Positions 30,278-38,798 of a stretch of 60,175 nucleotides of DNA are shown piece after piece. Location of the stretch: positions 1 through 60,175 of IMG/VR virus record IMGVR_UViG_3300030433_002650; one strand, given 5' to 3'. Position 1 is the first letter of the stretch. Each line of letters begins with the position of its first letter. A model generated the notes under the pieces. That model was not told where the DNA came from. It did no database searches and was given only the letters and a program-made list of their open reading frames with translations. The DNA comes from a virus. Lineage: Duplodnaviria; Caudoviricetes. Position numbers and translations under genes: made by a program.

Positions 30278-31657
30278 TCAGGCTCCCCTCAACGTCTTGT
30301 TTGCAAGGCTGTGAACCTCATCCCATGACATGTTACCCAAGTCTTGGGTTGAAGGAACTTCAACAGTTGCGGAGGAAACAGACTTTGCGATGGTGTGGCT
30401 CTCGGTGCTCAAGTTATCAATGCGCTCGGAGAGGTCACCAATTGACTTGAGGACTTCTGCAAGAGGTCCACGAGCATCAAAGGTGCTTCGTTCTGCTTCT
30501 TGCTTCTCGATTTCGAGTTCCTTTGCAAGTCGCTGGGAAAAGTTTGCTTCCAAGTTGTTTCGGAAGTTTTGTTCAAGAGATGCGGCCTTGTAGACTGCGT
30601 ATGCATTCTCGATGTCGGCTTGGGAAACGTTGCCTTCATTGAGGTAACCCTTAGCCACTGAAACTGGTCCAAGAGCACCTGCTGGTTGCTTGCCACCACC
30701 AGAGGTGAGGGCTGAAAGAGCACCAGTGGAAGGAGAACCGTTTTCCTGTCCTCGTCCACGGACTTGACCAGCAAAGTAGTCAGCACCATCAACGGAATCA
30801 GGGTTGTCAAATCCACCAAGTTGAGCCTTAGCCAAGTCGTCAAAGTGTGCACGAGCACTACCAATATCGACTCCAGCCGACTTCAATGTGTCTTCCATCC
30901 AGTTGAGGTATTCGGATGTAATAACATCACCAAATTCTTCACCTTTCATGTACGCCATTTTGTCGTCATCTTTCTTTTCTTCTTTCATGTCTTCACCATC
31001 TTTCTTTTCTTCTTTTGGCTCGTCATCTTTCTTATCCTTGATGTGCTCACGGAGTTGAGGAGGAATTTCTCCCTTTTCCATTGCATCAAGTCGGGCTTCC
31101 AATCGTTCCATAACGCTGTTCAAATCAACTTCACTTGTCATATTTGTGTCCTCCTTTAGTATACTGAATTGTGCTTCAGGATTGATGCCCTTCTCACAAA
31201 TAGTAATTTCATGCAATTCCATCTTTGAAATCTCTTGGTAGTCGCCTTTGATGCTGTCAGACTTTCGCACTCGCTTGAATGCTTGTCCTCCAATTGAGAA
31301 TCCACGAAGGTTACCCTTGCGAATCTCGGCGGCTACTTCACGAGCCTTCTCAATGTCGTTGCGGAGTTGAACAACAACAAACATGCCAGTGTCGTCACAT
31401 TCGGACTTCCACATTCGGCCATTGCTGTCTACGTAAGAATCCAAGACTTCACCGACTTGGATGTTTGAGTGAGCCAGTTGTACATTGCGGTACTTGTCAC
31501 TCTTCATGAACCCGTCAAATGCATCCTTTAGAGCACCACGAGTAATAAGGTCGCCTTGCTTATCGACCATTTCGACGCTTGCATAACCTGCAACAACCAA
31601 GTCAGACCCACTCTTGAGGAGAGTGATGTCCATATTGGGTCGCTTTAGCGTCAGCAT
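30278..31657 (-). CDS. Prohead (maturation) protease, HK97-type, fused to C-terminal scaffolding domain
   Basis: VVAGYASVEMVDKQGDLI, LAH (catalytic His), LRGFSIGG (catalytic Ser) and LHEITICEKGINPEA, followed by a coiled-coil/acidic scaffold region. Confidence 0.9.
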   Translation of the reverse strand: MLTLKRPNMDITLLKSGSDLVVAGYASVEMVDKQGDLITRGALKDAFDGFMKSDKYRNVQLAHSNIQVGEVLDSYVDSNGRMWKSECDDTGMFVVVQLRNDIEKAREVAAEIRKGNLRGFSIGGQAFKRVRKSDSIKGDYQEISKMELHEITICEKGINPEAQFSILKEDTNMTSEVDLNSVMERLEARLDAMEKGEIPPQLREHIKDKKDDEPKEEKKDGEDMKEEKKDDDKMAYMKGEEFGDVITSEYLNWMEDTLKSAGVDIGSARAHFDDLAKAQLGGFDNPDSVDGADYFAGQVRGRGQENGSPSTGALSALTSGGGKQPAGALGPVSVAKGYLNEGNVSQADIENAYAVYKAASLEQNFRNNLEANFSQRLAKELEIEKQEAERSTFDARGPLAEVLKSIGDLSERIDNLSTESHTIAKSVSSATVEVPSTQDLGNMSWDEVHSLANKTLRGA

Positions 31658-31681
31658 TGAACTAACGATTCTTTGTAACCA

Positions 31682-31689
31682 TATTTAAA
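31682..31689 (-). promoter_or_regulatory. Archaeal TATA box (TTTAAATA) for the protease-capsid operon
   Basis: Intergenic, ~25 nt upstream of the ATG at 31657, consistent with a leaderless transcript. Confidence 0.6.
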
Positions 31690-31695
31690 CCCGTA

Positions 31696-34600
31696 CTATA
31701 CTTTGGAAAGTACAGGTTCATCGTCTTTGAAATCCAAACTAAGGTGCTCGCCTTCTTCGGTATCTGTTTCAACAGGCTTGAAGTGTTGCGGTTTTTTCTT
31801 TTTCTTAGGTTCAATATCATCCACTCGTTGATGATAGTCAGGTAGATTTTGCTCATCAGTAAGTTGCGTTGGTCCAGCAGGGGATTCGACAGGTGTTCCT
31901 AAATCAATACCAAGTCCCTTCGGTCCAGTCCATGTCATACGTTCTTTTGCAAGTTTATCCAATGTACGTACAATAACTTCCAATGCTTTTTTCTTATCTT
32001 CGGGCTTGAGCAATAAGTCTTCGTCGTCTTCTTCGATAATACCTACTGAACCTTCTTCCATACGCTTTGGTGATGGCTTCTTTGGCATTTCAAGGTCTTC
32101 GACTTTTGATTTCTTTTGCAATTGGCCGCTAAACAAAAGCGGAGCAAGTGGACTCCAAAACGGCTGTAGGCTTTCAGCCAGTGTTACACTGTAGTCGTTT
32201 TTGTACAAATCACCCATTGTACTCACTGGGGAATGCACGTACCACATATCACCGACTTCATCAACTTGATACGTTACAGTATCAATGTCCTTTAGAATAA
32301 CGTGTAAACCATCTTCATCGTATTCAACGTCATGTGGGATATTGATAGGTAGGTAACCTTTGGTTAGCAAGTCAAGCGACTCGGTGCTCGCTGGACCCTC
32401 ACCCTCACCCTCACCTTCGATTTGACGAATCTGTACAGTGTAGACGTTTTTCTCACCACGAGTTTTCTTGGTAATGCCGCTTACTGATACTCGTACAATG
32501 TCACCAACTTTGTACGCCTTTTGCTCACGTCGTGCTGTACCTATGTCCATGTAGTGCTTATCGTCAATTGTAACGGCTCGGTTTTGCAGTCCTTCATCAT
32601 CAAGCAGTGGACCTGCACCTAATTGGTATGTGTATGGTCCATTTCCTCGTCGGTCAAGTACAATGAAGTTGTAGTCACGAGTCGGTCGGTACAATACCCA
32701 CTTTGGATGTCGATACTCACCTTTCATGTACGTCGATTTAGAATCACGCAACAAGATGTTATCGTGGTCATCTTGCATTCGCTTGACAGATTCTTTCAAG
32801 CCCTCACTATCTGTCATTTTCGTATCGTGCGGTCCGGGTACAATGACATTCTCGTGACTTTCAAACTGTGAGCGAAGAATCTTGACACGTTCAAACAACA
32901 GCATGTCGCTGATGTCATTGTTGTCGTAATTGATAATATCAATGATATTGAGGTCTTCATCCCCCATAATTCCATCAATAGCGTAGTTTTTGTCGCTTAC
33001 TTTCACCAGTGCTTCACGGTGGTTCTTGCGAAGACCAACCTTCTTACCCTTCTCATTCAAGGCAGTGACTTCATCACCATTTTTGATAAGCATGACACGC
33101 TTACCGTCGTACCACTTTGATACGACCCATGAACCACTAAATCCACGTAGATGTTCTAAGTCACTCATCTCAAAGATGCGATGCATTGGACGAATCAAAG
33201 GAGTCCACTGTGGGTCTTCTTCTTTCATTAACAACTCATCGGGATTAAGCATTCCTTGAATAAACTCCGTCATTTCATTGAGAGCCAGTTTGTTCGGGTC
33301 TTGTCCGATTGGTAGGAACGTTTCAGGGTCAAGACCGAAGATAGGTAGATTGCTTTCTCTTGGTGGTGGGGCGTTACCCCATACTTGTTCTCGGACTTCT
33401 TTACCATGTACCATGTCAGTAAGTTCGTGTGGTACAGTATGATACAACCCTTCCTCAACATTTGTACCTGCCACAATTTGACCATCGGCTGTAAACTCTA
33501 CACCAACCGATGGAGAAGCAAGCCATCCACCGTGATGTCCACCTGCATCAAATGTATCAAAGATGCTGTGATTGTTAGGATTAGGCGCACCTACAGGTAC
33601 TTGTGTCATACCGGGTCTTGCACTAATGGAAGTTGTAGGTTGTTCCATTCGACCTTCTTGTTCAACCATTGGATTGTAATGCAATATTGTGTCCAAGTTG
33701 TTTCGTGTCGTAGCGGCGATTTGAGGAAGACCTTTTCCTGATGAACCACGCTTGTATTGTTGAGCACCGTGTACATCGTTTTCAATCATCTCTAATCCAT
33801 TTGCATCAGCCAATGCTGTGAATGAACCACCCATAAGTTGCTTTACACGACGTGGTAATGAGTGTAGTTGAGGGAACGACTTGAACGCACTTGGTTTCTT
33901 AACCTCAGAGTAAATAGTATCGAGTGCACCATGATACCCATTTTCTTGAGCCAACTTTGAGAAGCGCATTGCATCGTTCAAGTCTTTGTCATCTTGTTCG
34001 AGTATACTTTTATCGTGAAGGTGTGTAATGTCACTGTTGTGCAAATCCGTTATGTTGCCATGCATCAATAGTTGATTAACCGTAGAAGCAAACAATGGTG
34101 TGTTCATTTCATTTGACCTGTCGATAATTGAACGAGCATGTTCTTTCATTTCAGGAGTCTTTGGTAACGCCAATGCTTCAAGCACTTCTTCCACACTCAT
34201 GTTACCGTCTACTTGGAATCCATGTTCTTGCAAATGCGATGCTACGTTTTGATGGAAGTTACCATTTGCAGGGGGTTTATCGTACGTTATATCGTCAAAT
34301 GAAAGACCATAACCAAGTGTTTGCAATCCATGTACATCGTGCGGTACATGGGTAATGTATCGTTGTGCATCACGGAACATTCGTGCATTGTTGTCAATGA
34401 ATTTTTGCGGGTCGTTTGGGTCAAAAGCAGTAGGGTCAGCCTCAAGCATTTTTTCTTTAATCATCGGTGCAACTTGTGCCACCAACATACGATGTGCTTT
34501 CTTGAGGTCTTCTTCACGTCGTTGGTCGATTTTCCAATGCGTTGTCATTTTACCTTGAGTGCTTTCAATGGCTTGCTGTTGAAGCGAAGTCAATTCAGCA

Positions 34601-37440
34601 ACCTTTTGAGAAAGTTGTTGTTGAATAAGTGGCTTGTCAATATCATCTGCCTCAACCATACGTTGATTCAAATCATCAACTTCTGCTTGGAGTTTTTCTT
34701 CTTGTTCAAATGCAGGGAGTGCTCCGCCAAAACTCAAACCACTGGTAACAGCGTCAAGAAGTGTTGGCTTCTTATGCTTAAACGAGCGACTACGATTTGA
34801 CAAACTTATCAGTACATCATCCAAGAAATTATCAACAATTTGTTTTACAGGTGTAGAATCGTTTTTTGGGAAACCCATACGTTGTTTCAAATCTTCAAAG
34901 TCTTCTTTTTCCAAATAATCCAAAATTGCCTTTGGGTTTGTCGATTGGATGGTTTTTGATATTTCAGTTAAGAAACGCAATCCTTCACGTTGTTCACTAC
35001 TTTGCAAGTAGTCTTTGACTTTACCAAACGACGGTGATGGGACACCCCATTCTAAATACGCAAGCATATCTTCGGTGGTTTCACCACCACTTACTGGTTG
35101 AGCACCCCGTATGAAATCATTAAACGATAAAACAGATTTTTCAGTAGGATTGTTCAAGTGATTGAATCGACCCAGTTGCATAATTTGTTTGTGAGTGTCT
35201 TGTGCATTATTGACAATGTGCTTATCGCTTCCATATGGTGCATAATTACGATACGAACCGTGATGAATGAATGGATTTCTTGTAAGTACATTGTTAAACG
35301 CTTTGAGGTGAGGTTGATTTTCAAACAAATCTTTTCGCTCACCATCAGTCATATGTCGTATTGCATATTCATAGGGGGCTGAAAGCGACGATTTGTGTTC
35401 AGTGAAATTGTTCTTGGTCGTTTTGCCTTCTTTGAATCCTGATTTTGATGACGCACTTGGTACTGGTCGTGAAACATTTGACGGTGAAAGTATATTCTGA
35501 ATGGTTTTCAATTCAGGGTGGTAAACATATTTTTCTACATTTGCATCGTATTGACCATGCTCTTGAGAGTGTTCAGGCATAAAGTGAGCACCCAAAGAAA
35601 GATTGTTTTGATTTGGCACGATAACAGTTTTTTCACCACTTTTACCAAAATCATGCATTTCACCGAGCAACGATACGCTGTCATCGTCTGAAGTAGTAGC
35701 GTGAATAATTTCGTTGTACGTAGGTAATGTCATACCCGCACCACCTATTCCTTGAAACGGCTTTGACCAAAAAGAGCCAAGACCGTAAGTATGTCTTCCG
35801 TCTTCACTTGTGCGCCAATACGAAGGCTTGTCTTCACTTGGTGCTGGTCCGAAAGCGGCTTTCAAAAAGGATAAGTGCTTACGAATATCTTTTTCTTGTT
35901 GTTGCAAATTCATGGATGAAGATGCATCTTCCTCGATGTTTTCAATCCAATCAAGTGGCACAAGTGGTCCATCCATTTTACCGTAAACAGGGTGCATCGA
36001 AAGTGGTTCTCTTGTTTTAGGATGAAAACCCGCCATGTACAGAATGTCTTCAATGGGTAATCTTGCATGGTCTACTTTCATGGTTCTTTTACCAAATTGT
36101 GCTCGTTCAGCATCTTTCAACTGCTCCCATTCCAATTCAGGAAGTTCGCCTGTTTTGTGAAGATTAAGTCGTGGTAAAAACTTCATTCTTTGCTTGTAAC
36201 CTTTTCCAGCGTCTTCTCGCATTCCATCGTACAATTCATTGATTTCATTGAGAATAATATCAGCGATGGACTCATCGTTTGAACCGTATGGAAGATGCGC
36301 TCCTCTTGCCATTCCTGATTGTAAGAAACGACCCGCTTCACTTGCTTCATAATCAGTATCATTGTCTTCCAATCGAAGTGAAGCATTACGTCCTAACATT
36401 CTCGGACTTCGTACAGCCCAATTCATTTCAGGTGTCATTCGCATAATCGCATTGTGCGTAAAACGAGCCGATGGTACTTTTTGCCCGTTTGGTAATTCAA
36501 TCAAGTGATTATCATCCACACCTTCACGCATACCTTTCATAACCGCAGTACGTTCTTCAGGTGACAACCACTCAAGGCCAAGCATGTAACCTTGATGTCC
36601 TAATGCAGTTGGATGAATTTTGTAATTATCATCAATCAAAGTGTCTTCACTTACCCATTGCCTTGCTCGGTCATCAAAATGGTCTTCACGCAATTTTTGA
36701 AAAACATCCTTTGGAGTCATACCCATTGCACGATATTCATCTTCTCGTTCTGTGTTTTGTTTTTTCCATCGTTGAAAATCACGCTGATAAAGGTCTTTTT
36801 GATGTGAAAGCATTGAGCCGTTTTGCAAAATACTTCCAAGCAGTTTGAATGTTTTATCTGTTCCTTCGGGTTGAAACCCAAATAGCAACGGATGTTTTTG
36901 TTTTGAAAGTTCGCTTAAGTAATCCTTTTCCATTTCTTTTTCTTCGTCCATGTACCCGCCAAATGTGTGTGCTCGAAGCATTTCGACATAGTGCGGCATA
37001 CCTGTTACAGAATGCAAACGAAGAAGCGGGTGATTGGCGGGGTGAAATGGGAAGTGATATTCTTTGTAGGGGTGACCTGCTGTTGGCCGGTACACAGGCC
37101 ATACGGAGTGGTGGTCAGCGTTTTTCTTACCACGTTGTAGTCCATCAACCCAAATGTGGTTTGTCAAATCGTCCTGTGTGTCTTGCGTATTGAGAAGTAA
37201 TCCCGCACCTGTGTCTGTCCCAGTATCGTATTCATACTCAAACGTATCTTCGCTTTCTTCTTTTTCTTTGATAATCGCATCAGCGATTGAATACAACGAT
37301 GTGTAAATGATTTCGCTTGGTGCTTTTTGCATGGATTGCCATGCTATAATGTATTCAGCCGCATTACGTTCAAGGTCAAGTTTGTCGTCCAACGACTTTA
37401 GCAAATCGGCACTTGCAATGTCAAGTTGGTCATACGACAT
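31696..37440 (-). CDS. Large (~1915 aa) protein with C-terminal ATP-dependent DNA ligase-like (NTase + OB) region that appears catalytically degenerate
   Basis: WVVSKWYDGKR, YAIDGIM, IIDIINYDN, LFERVKIL and ILLRDSKSTYMKG...KWVLYR, then OB-like YKVGDIVRVS (about 32360-33230). Start placed at MSYDQL behind GGTGA. Confidence 0.7.
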   Translation of the reverse strand: MSYDQLDIASADLLKSLDDKLDLERNAAEYIIAWQSMQKAPSEIIYTSLYSIADAIIKEKEESEDTFEYEYDTGTDTGAGLLLNTQDTQDDLTNHIWVDGLQRGKKNADHHSVWPVYRPTAGHPYKEYHFPFHPANHPLLRLHSVTGMPHYVEMLRAHTFGGYMDEEKEMEKDYLSELSKQKHPLLFGFQPEGTDKTFKLLGSILQNGSMLSHQKDLYQRDFQRWKKQNTEREDEYRAMGMTPKDVFQKLREDHFDDRARQWVSEDTLIDDNYKIHPTALGHQGYMLGLEWLSPEERTAVMKGMREGVDDNHLIELPNGQKVPSARFTHNAIMRMTPEMNWAVRSPRMLGRNASLRLEDNDTDYEASEAGRFLQSGMARGAHLPYGSNDESIADIILNEINELYDGMREDAGKGYKQRMKFLPRLNLHKTGELPELEWEQLKDAERAQFGKRTMKVDHARLPIEDILYMAGFHPKTREPLSMHPVYGKMDGPLVPLDWIENIEEDASSSMNLQQQEKDIRKHLSFLKAAFGPAPSEDKPSYWRTSEDGRHTYGLGSFWSKPFQGIGGAGMTLPTYNEIIHATTSDDDSVSLLGEMHDFGKSGEKTVIVPNQNNLSLGAHFMPEHSQEHGQYDANVEKYVYHPELKTIQNILSPSNVSRPVPSASSKSGFKEGKTTKNNFTEHKSSLSAPYEYAIRHMTDGERKDLFENQPHLKAFNNVLTRNPFIHHGSYRNYAPYGSDKHIVNNAQDTHKQIMQLGRFNHLNNPTEKSVLSFNDFIRGAQPVSGGETTEDMLAYLEWGVPSPSFGKVKDYLQSSEQREGLRFLTEISKTIQSTNPKAILDYLEKEDFEDLKQRMGFPKNDSTPVKQIVDNFLDDVLISLSNRSRSFKHKKPTLLDAVTSGLSFGGALPAFEQEEKLQAEVDDLNQRMVEADDIDKPLIQQQLSQKVAELTSLQQQAIESTQGKMTTHWKIDQRREEDLKKAHRMLVAQVAPMIKEKMLEADPTAFDPNDPQKFIDNNARMFRDAQRYITHVPHDVHGLQTLGYGLSFDDITYDKPPANGNFHQNVASHLQEHGFQVDGNMSVEEVLEALALPKTPEMKEHARSIIDRSNEMNTPLFASTVNQLLMHGNITDLHNSDITHLHDKSILEQDDKDLNDAMRFSKLAQENGYHGALDTIYSEVKKPSAFKSFPQLHSLPRRVKQLMGGSFTALADANGLEMIENDVHGAQQYKRGSSGKGLPQIAATTRNNLDTILHYNPMVEQEGRMEQPTTSISARPGMTQVPVGAPNPNNHSIFDTFDAGGHHGGWLASPSVGVEFTADGQIVAGTNVEEGLYHTVPHELTDMVHGKEVREQVWGNAPPPRESNLPIFGLDPETFLPIGQDPNKLALNEMTEFIQGMLNPDELLMKEEDPQWTPLIRPMHRIFEMSDLEHLRGFSGSWVVSKWYDGKRVMLIKNGDEVTALNEKGKKVGLRKNHREALVKVSDKNYAIDGIMGDEDLNIIDIINYDNNDISDMLLFERVKILRSQFESHENVIVPGPHDTKMTDSEGLKESVKRMQDDHDNILLRDSKSTYMKGEYRHPKWVLYRPTRDYNFIVLDRRGNGPYTYQLGAGPLLDDEGLQNRAVTIDDKHYMDIGTARREQKAYKVGDIVRVSVSGITKKTRGEKNVYTVQIRQIEGEGEGEGPASTESLDLLTKGYLPINIPHDVEYDEDGLHVILKDIDTVTYQVDEVGDMWYVHSPVSTMGDLYKNDYSVTLAESLQPFWSPLAPLLFSGQLQKKSKVEDLEMPKKPSPKRMEEGSVGIIEEDDEDLLLKPEDKKKALEVIVRTLDKLAKERMTWTGPKGLGIDLGTPVESPAGPTQLTDEQNLPDYHQRVDDIEPKKKKKPQHFKPVETDTEEGEHLSLDFKDDEPVLSKV

Positions 37441-37453
37441 ACTTTCACCGCCA

Positions 37454-38056
37454 TCATAGCGGCTTGAATGCTGGACATGCGTGGAGGTCAGCACCCATCA
37501 TTTCAGGCATTTTGCAACCAGTTTGTTGTGTTGCACCGCATTCTCGGCAAATTGTTGGTACTGGGCGTTGCTCACTCATCTCACGCATAAGAGCCTTGCT
37601 GGATGCTTTTTCGAGTTTCTTTGACTCACCCATTGCATCTTCCCTATCCACACCGCCACCTGCATGTGGATTCATACGAGTTGAAAGTTGTTCCATGTTG
37701 GTTGCATCTTTACCCTTCTTTTTCTTTGGTGCATCTTCTGTTTCGATGGTCTTACCGTTGGTGGTAAAGTAACCACTCTTGGTTTGTCCACCCGATTCAG
37801 CCATGAAAGCAGGGTTTACGTCTGTGATTTTTTCAGCCTTGAAACCGGGTTCGGCTTTTGCCATTTTGCCACCGCAACCCATTTTCATACAGTTGCCCAT
37901 CTTGTTCATCTTAGAACCACAACTTGGGCAGTCTTTACAGTCACACTTACCTTCAGGGCAGTCGCACTTTCCTTTGATAATTTCCAATTGACTTAGACGG
38001 TGCTCAATTTCTCTTGCTTTGGTAAGCAAAGGTGCTTCACTTGGACGGGGCTTCAT
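37454..38056 (-). CDS. Cys-rich hypothetical head-region protein
   Basis: KCDCPEGKCDCKDCPSCG and a C-terminal CRECG...C...HAC; several hydrophobic-x-K-A/G sites. Confidence 0.65.
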   Translation of the reverse strand: MKPRPSEAPLLTKAREIEHRLSQLEIIKGKCDCPEGKCDCKDCPSCGSKMNKMGNCMKMGCGGKMAKAEPGFKAEKITDVNPAFMAESGGQTKSGYFTTNGKTIETEDAPKKKKGKDATNMEQLSTRMNPHAGGGVDREDAMGESKKLEKASSKALMREMSEQRPVPTICRECGATQQTGCKMPEMMGADLHACPAFKPL

Positions 38057-38388
38057 TACTTCATCTCCTGTTCTTTTGCTGTTGCGGCCATCTCATGGAT
38101 TTCTTCCCATGACATGTTGTGGAACTCCTCATTGGTTTGAGGAACGGATGAAACTGGGTCACCCTTGAGAATTGAATCATTTTCCATATCAGCACGAAGT
38201 GGGTCAAAACCTAAATCCATTGACAATGGAGTAGACGAAGAAACCAAGCCCATCTTGCGTAGCAACGCCTTTGGATTGTTGATGGTCGCACGAAGACGCT
38301 CGTTCTCTTGCTTAAGCAATGCTAAATCAGAATCCATGTTCTCCATCTTTGTAATGAGAACACTCATCAACTGCTGTGCATCGCTGTC
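38056..38388 (-). CDS. Putative accessory scaffolding protein (coiled coil plus C-terminal NMSWEEIH motif)
   Basis: Coiled coil LITKMENMDSDLALLKQENERLR. Its C-terminus matches that of the protease-scaffold protein. Start approximate (MADSD). Confidence 0.55.
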   Translation of the reverse strand, partial: DSDAQQLMSVLITKMENMDSDLALLKQENERLRATINNPKALLRKMGLVSSSTPLSMDLGFDPLRADMENDSILKGDPVSSVPQTNEEFHNMSWEEIHEMAATAKEQEMK

Positions 38389-38399
38389 AGCCATAAAAC

Positions 38400-38753
38400 T
38401 CAACCTCGTCGTCCAAATGTTCCAGTAGCAGGTCGGAAGTTGCTTCGAGATTGTCGGCTTTGCACTGTGCCTGAAAGACGGTTACCAGTAAGTGGTACGT
38501 AGTTGTCTTCCTTTTGGAATTGGAATGGGGCTACTCCATTTACGTAGATGTCTTTTGCACCAGTCTTTGAAGCGGCATTTTCAGCCTTGAAGATTTCAGT
38601 TTGTAGGTCTTCAAGCAAAAAGTCCGATAGTTTCTGTACTTCGTTTAGGTGTTGCTTTGCAAGACTGCCATCTCCTTGTTCAAGAGCCGTTAAGAAAGCC
38701 TTGTTTGCTTGTTCCATTTTACGTGCCATTGGGTGCATTTTCAATAAATCCAT
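38400..38753 (-). CDS. Hypothetical head-assembly protein
   Basis: Start MDLLK behind GAGGGGT; helical; TTTAAACA box upstream. Confidence 0.6.
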   Translation of the reverse strand: MDLLKMHPMARKMEQANKAFLTALEQGDGSLAKQHLNEVQKLSDFLLEDLQTEIFKAENAASKTGAKDIYVNGVAPFQFQKEDNYVPLTGNRLSGTVQSRQSRSNFRPATGTFGRRG

Positions 38754-38785
38754 GAGAACCCCTCTTGTTTGTGTCATTGTATACT

Positions 38786-38793
38786 TGTTTAAA
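38786..38793 (-). promoter_or_regulatory. Candidate archaeal TATA box (TTTAAACA)
   Basis: Intergenic, just after the portal stop; similar to the box at 31682. Confidence 0.4.
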
Positions 38794-38798
38794 GAGTT

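Noticed and set aside
31662-31856. 64-aa minus-strand ORF
   Set aside because: It overlaps the end of the large ligase-like gene in another frame and runs through the TATA-containing intergenic region.
32360-33230. Calling this an active DNA ligase (lig)
   Set aside because: Catalytic motifs I, III, IV and V are substituted; reported as a pseudo-ligase instead.
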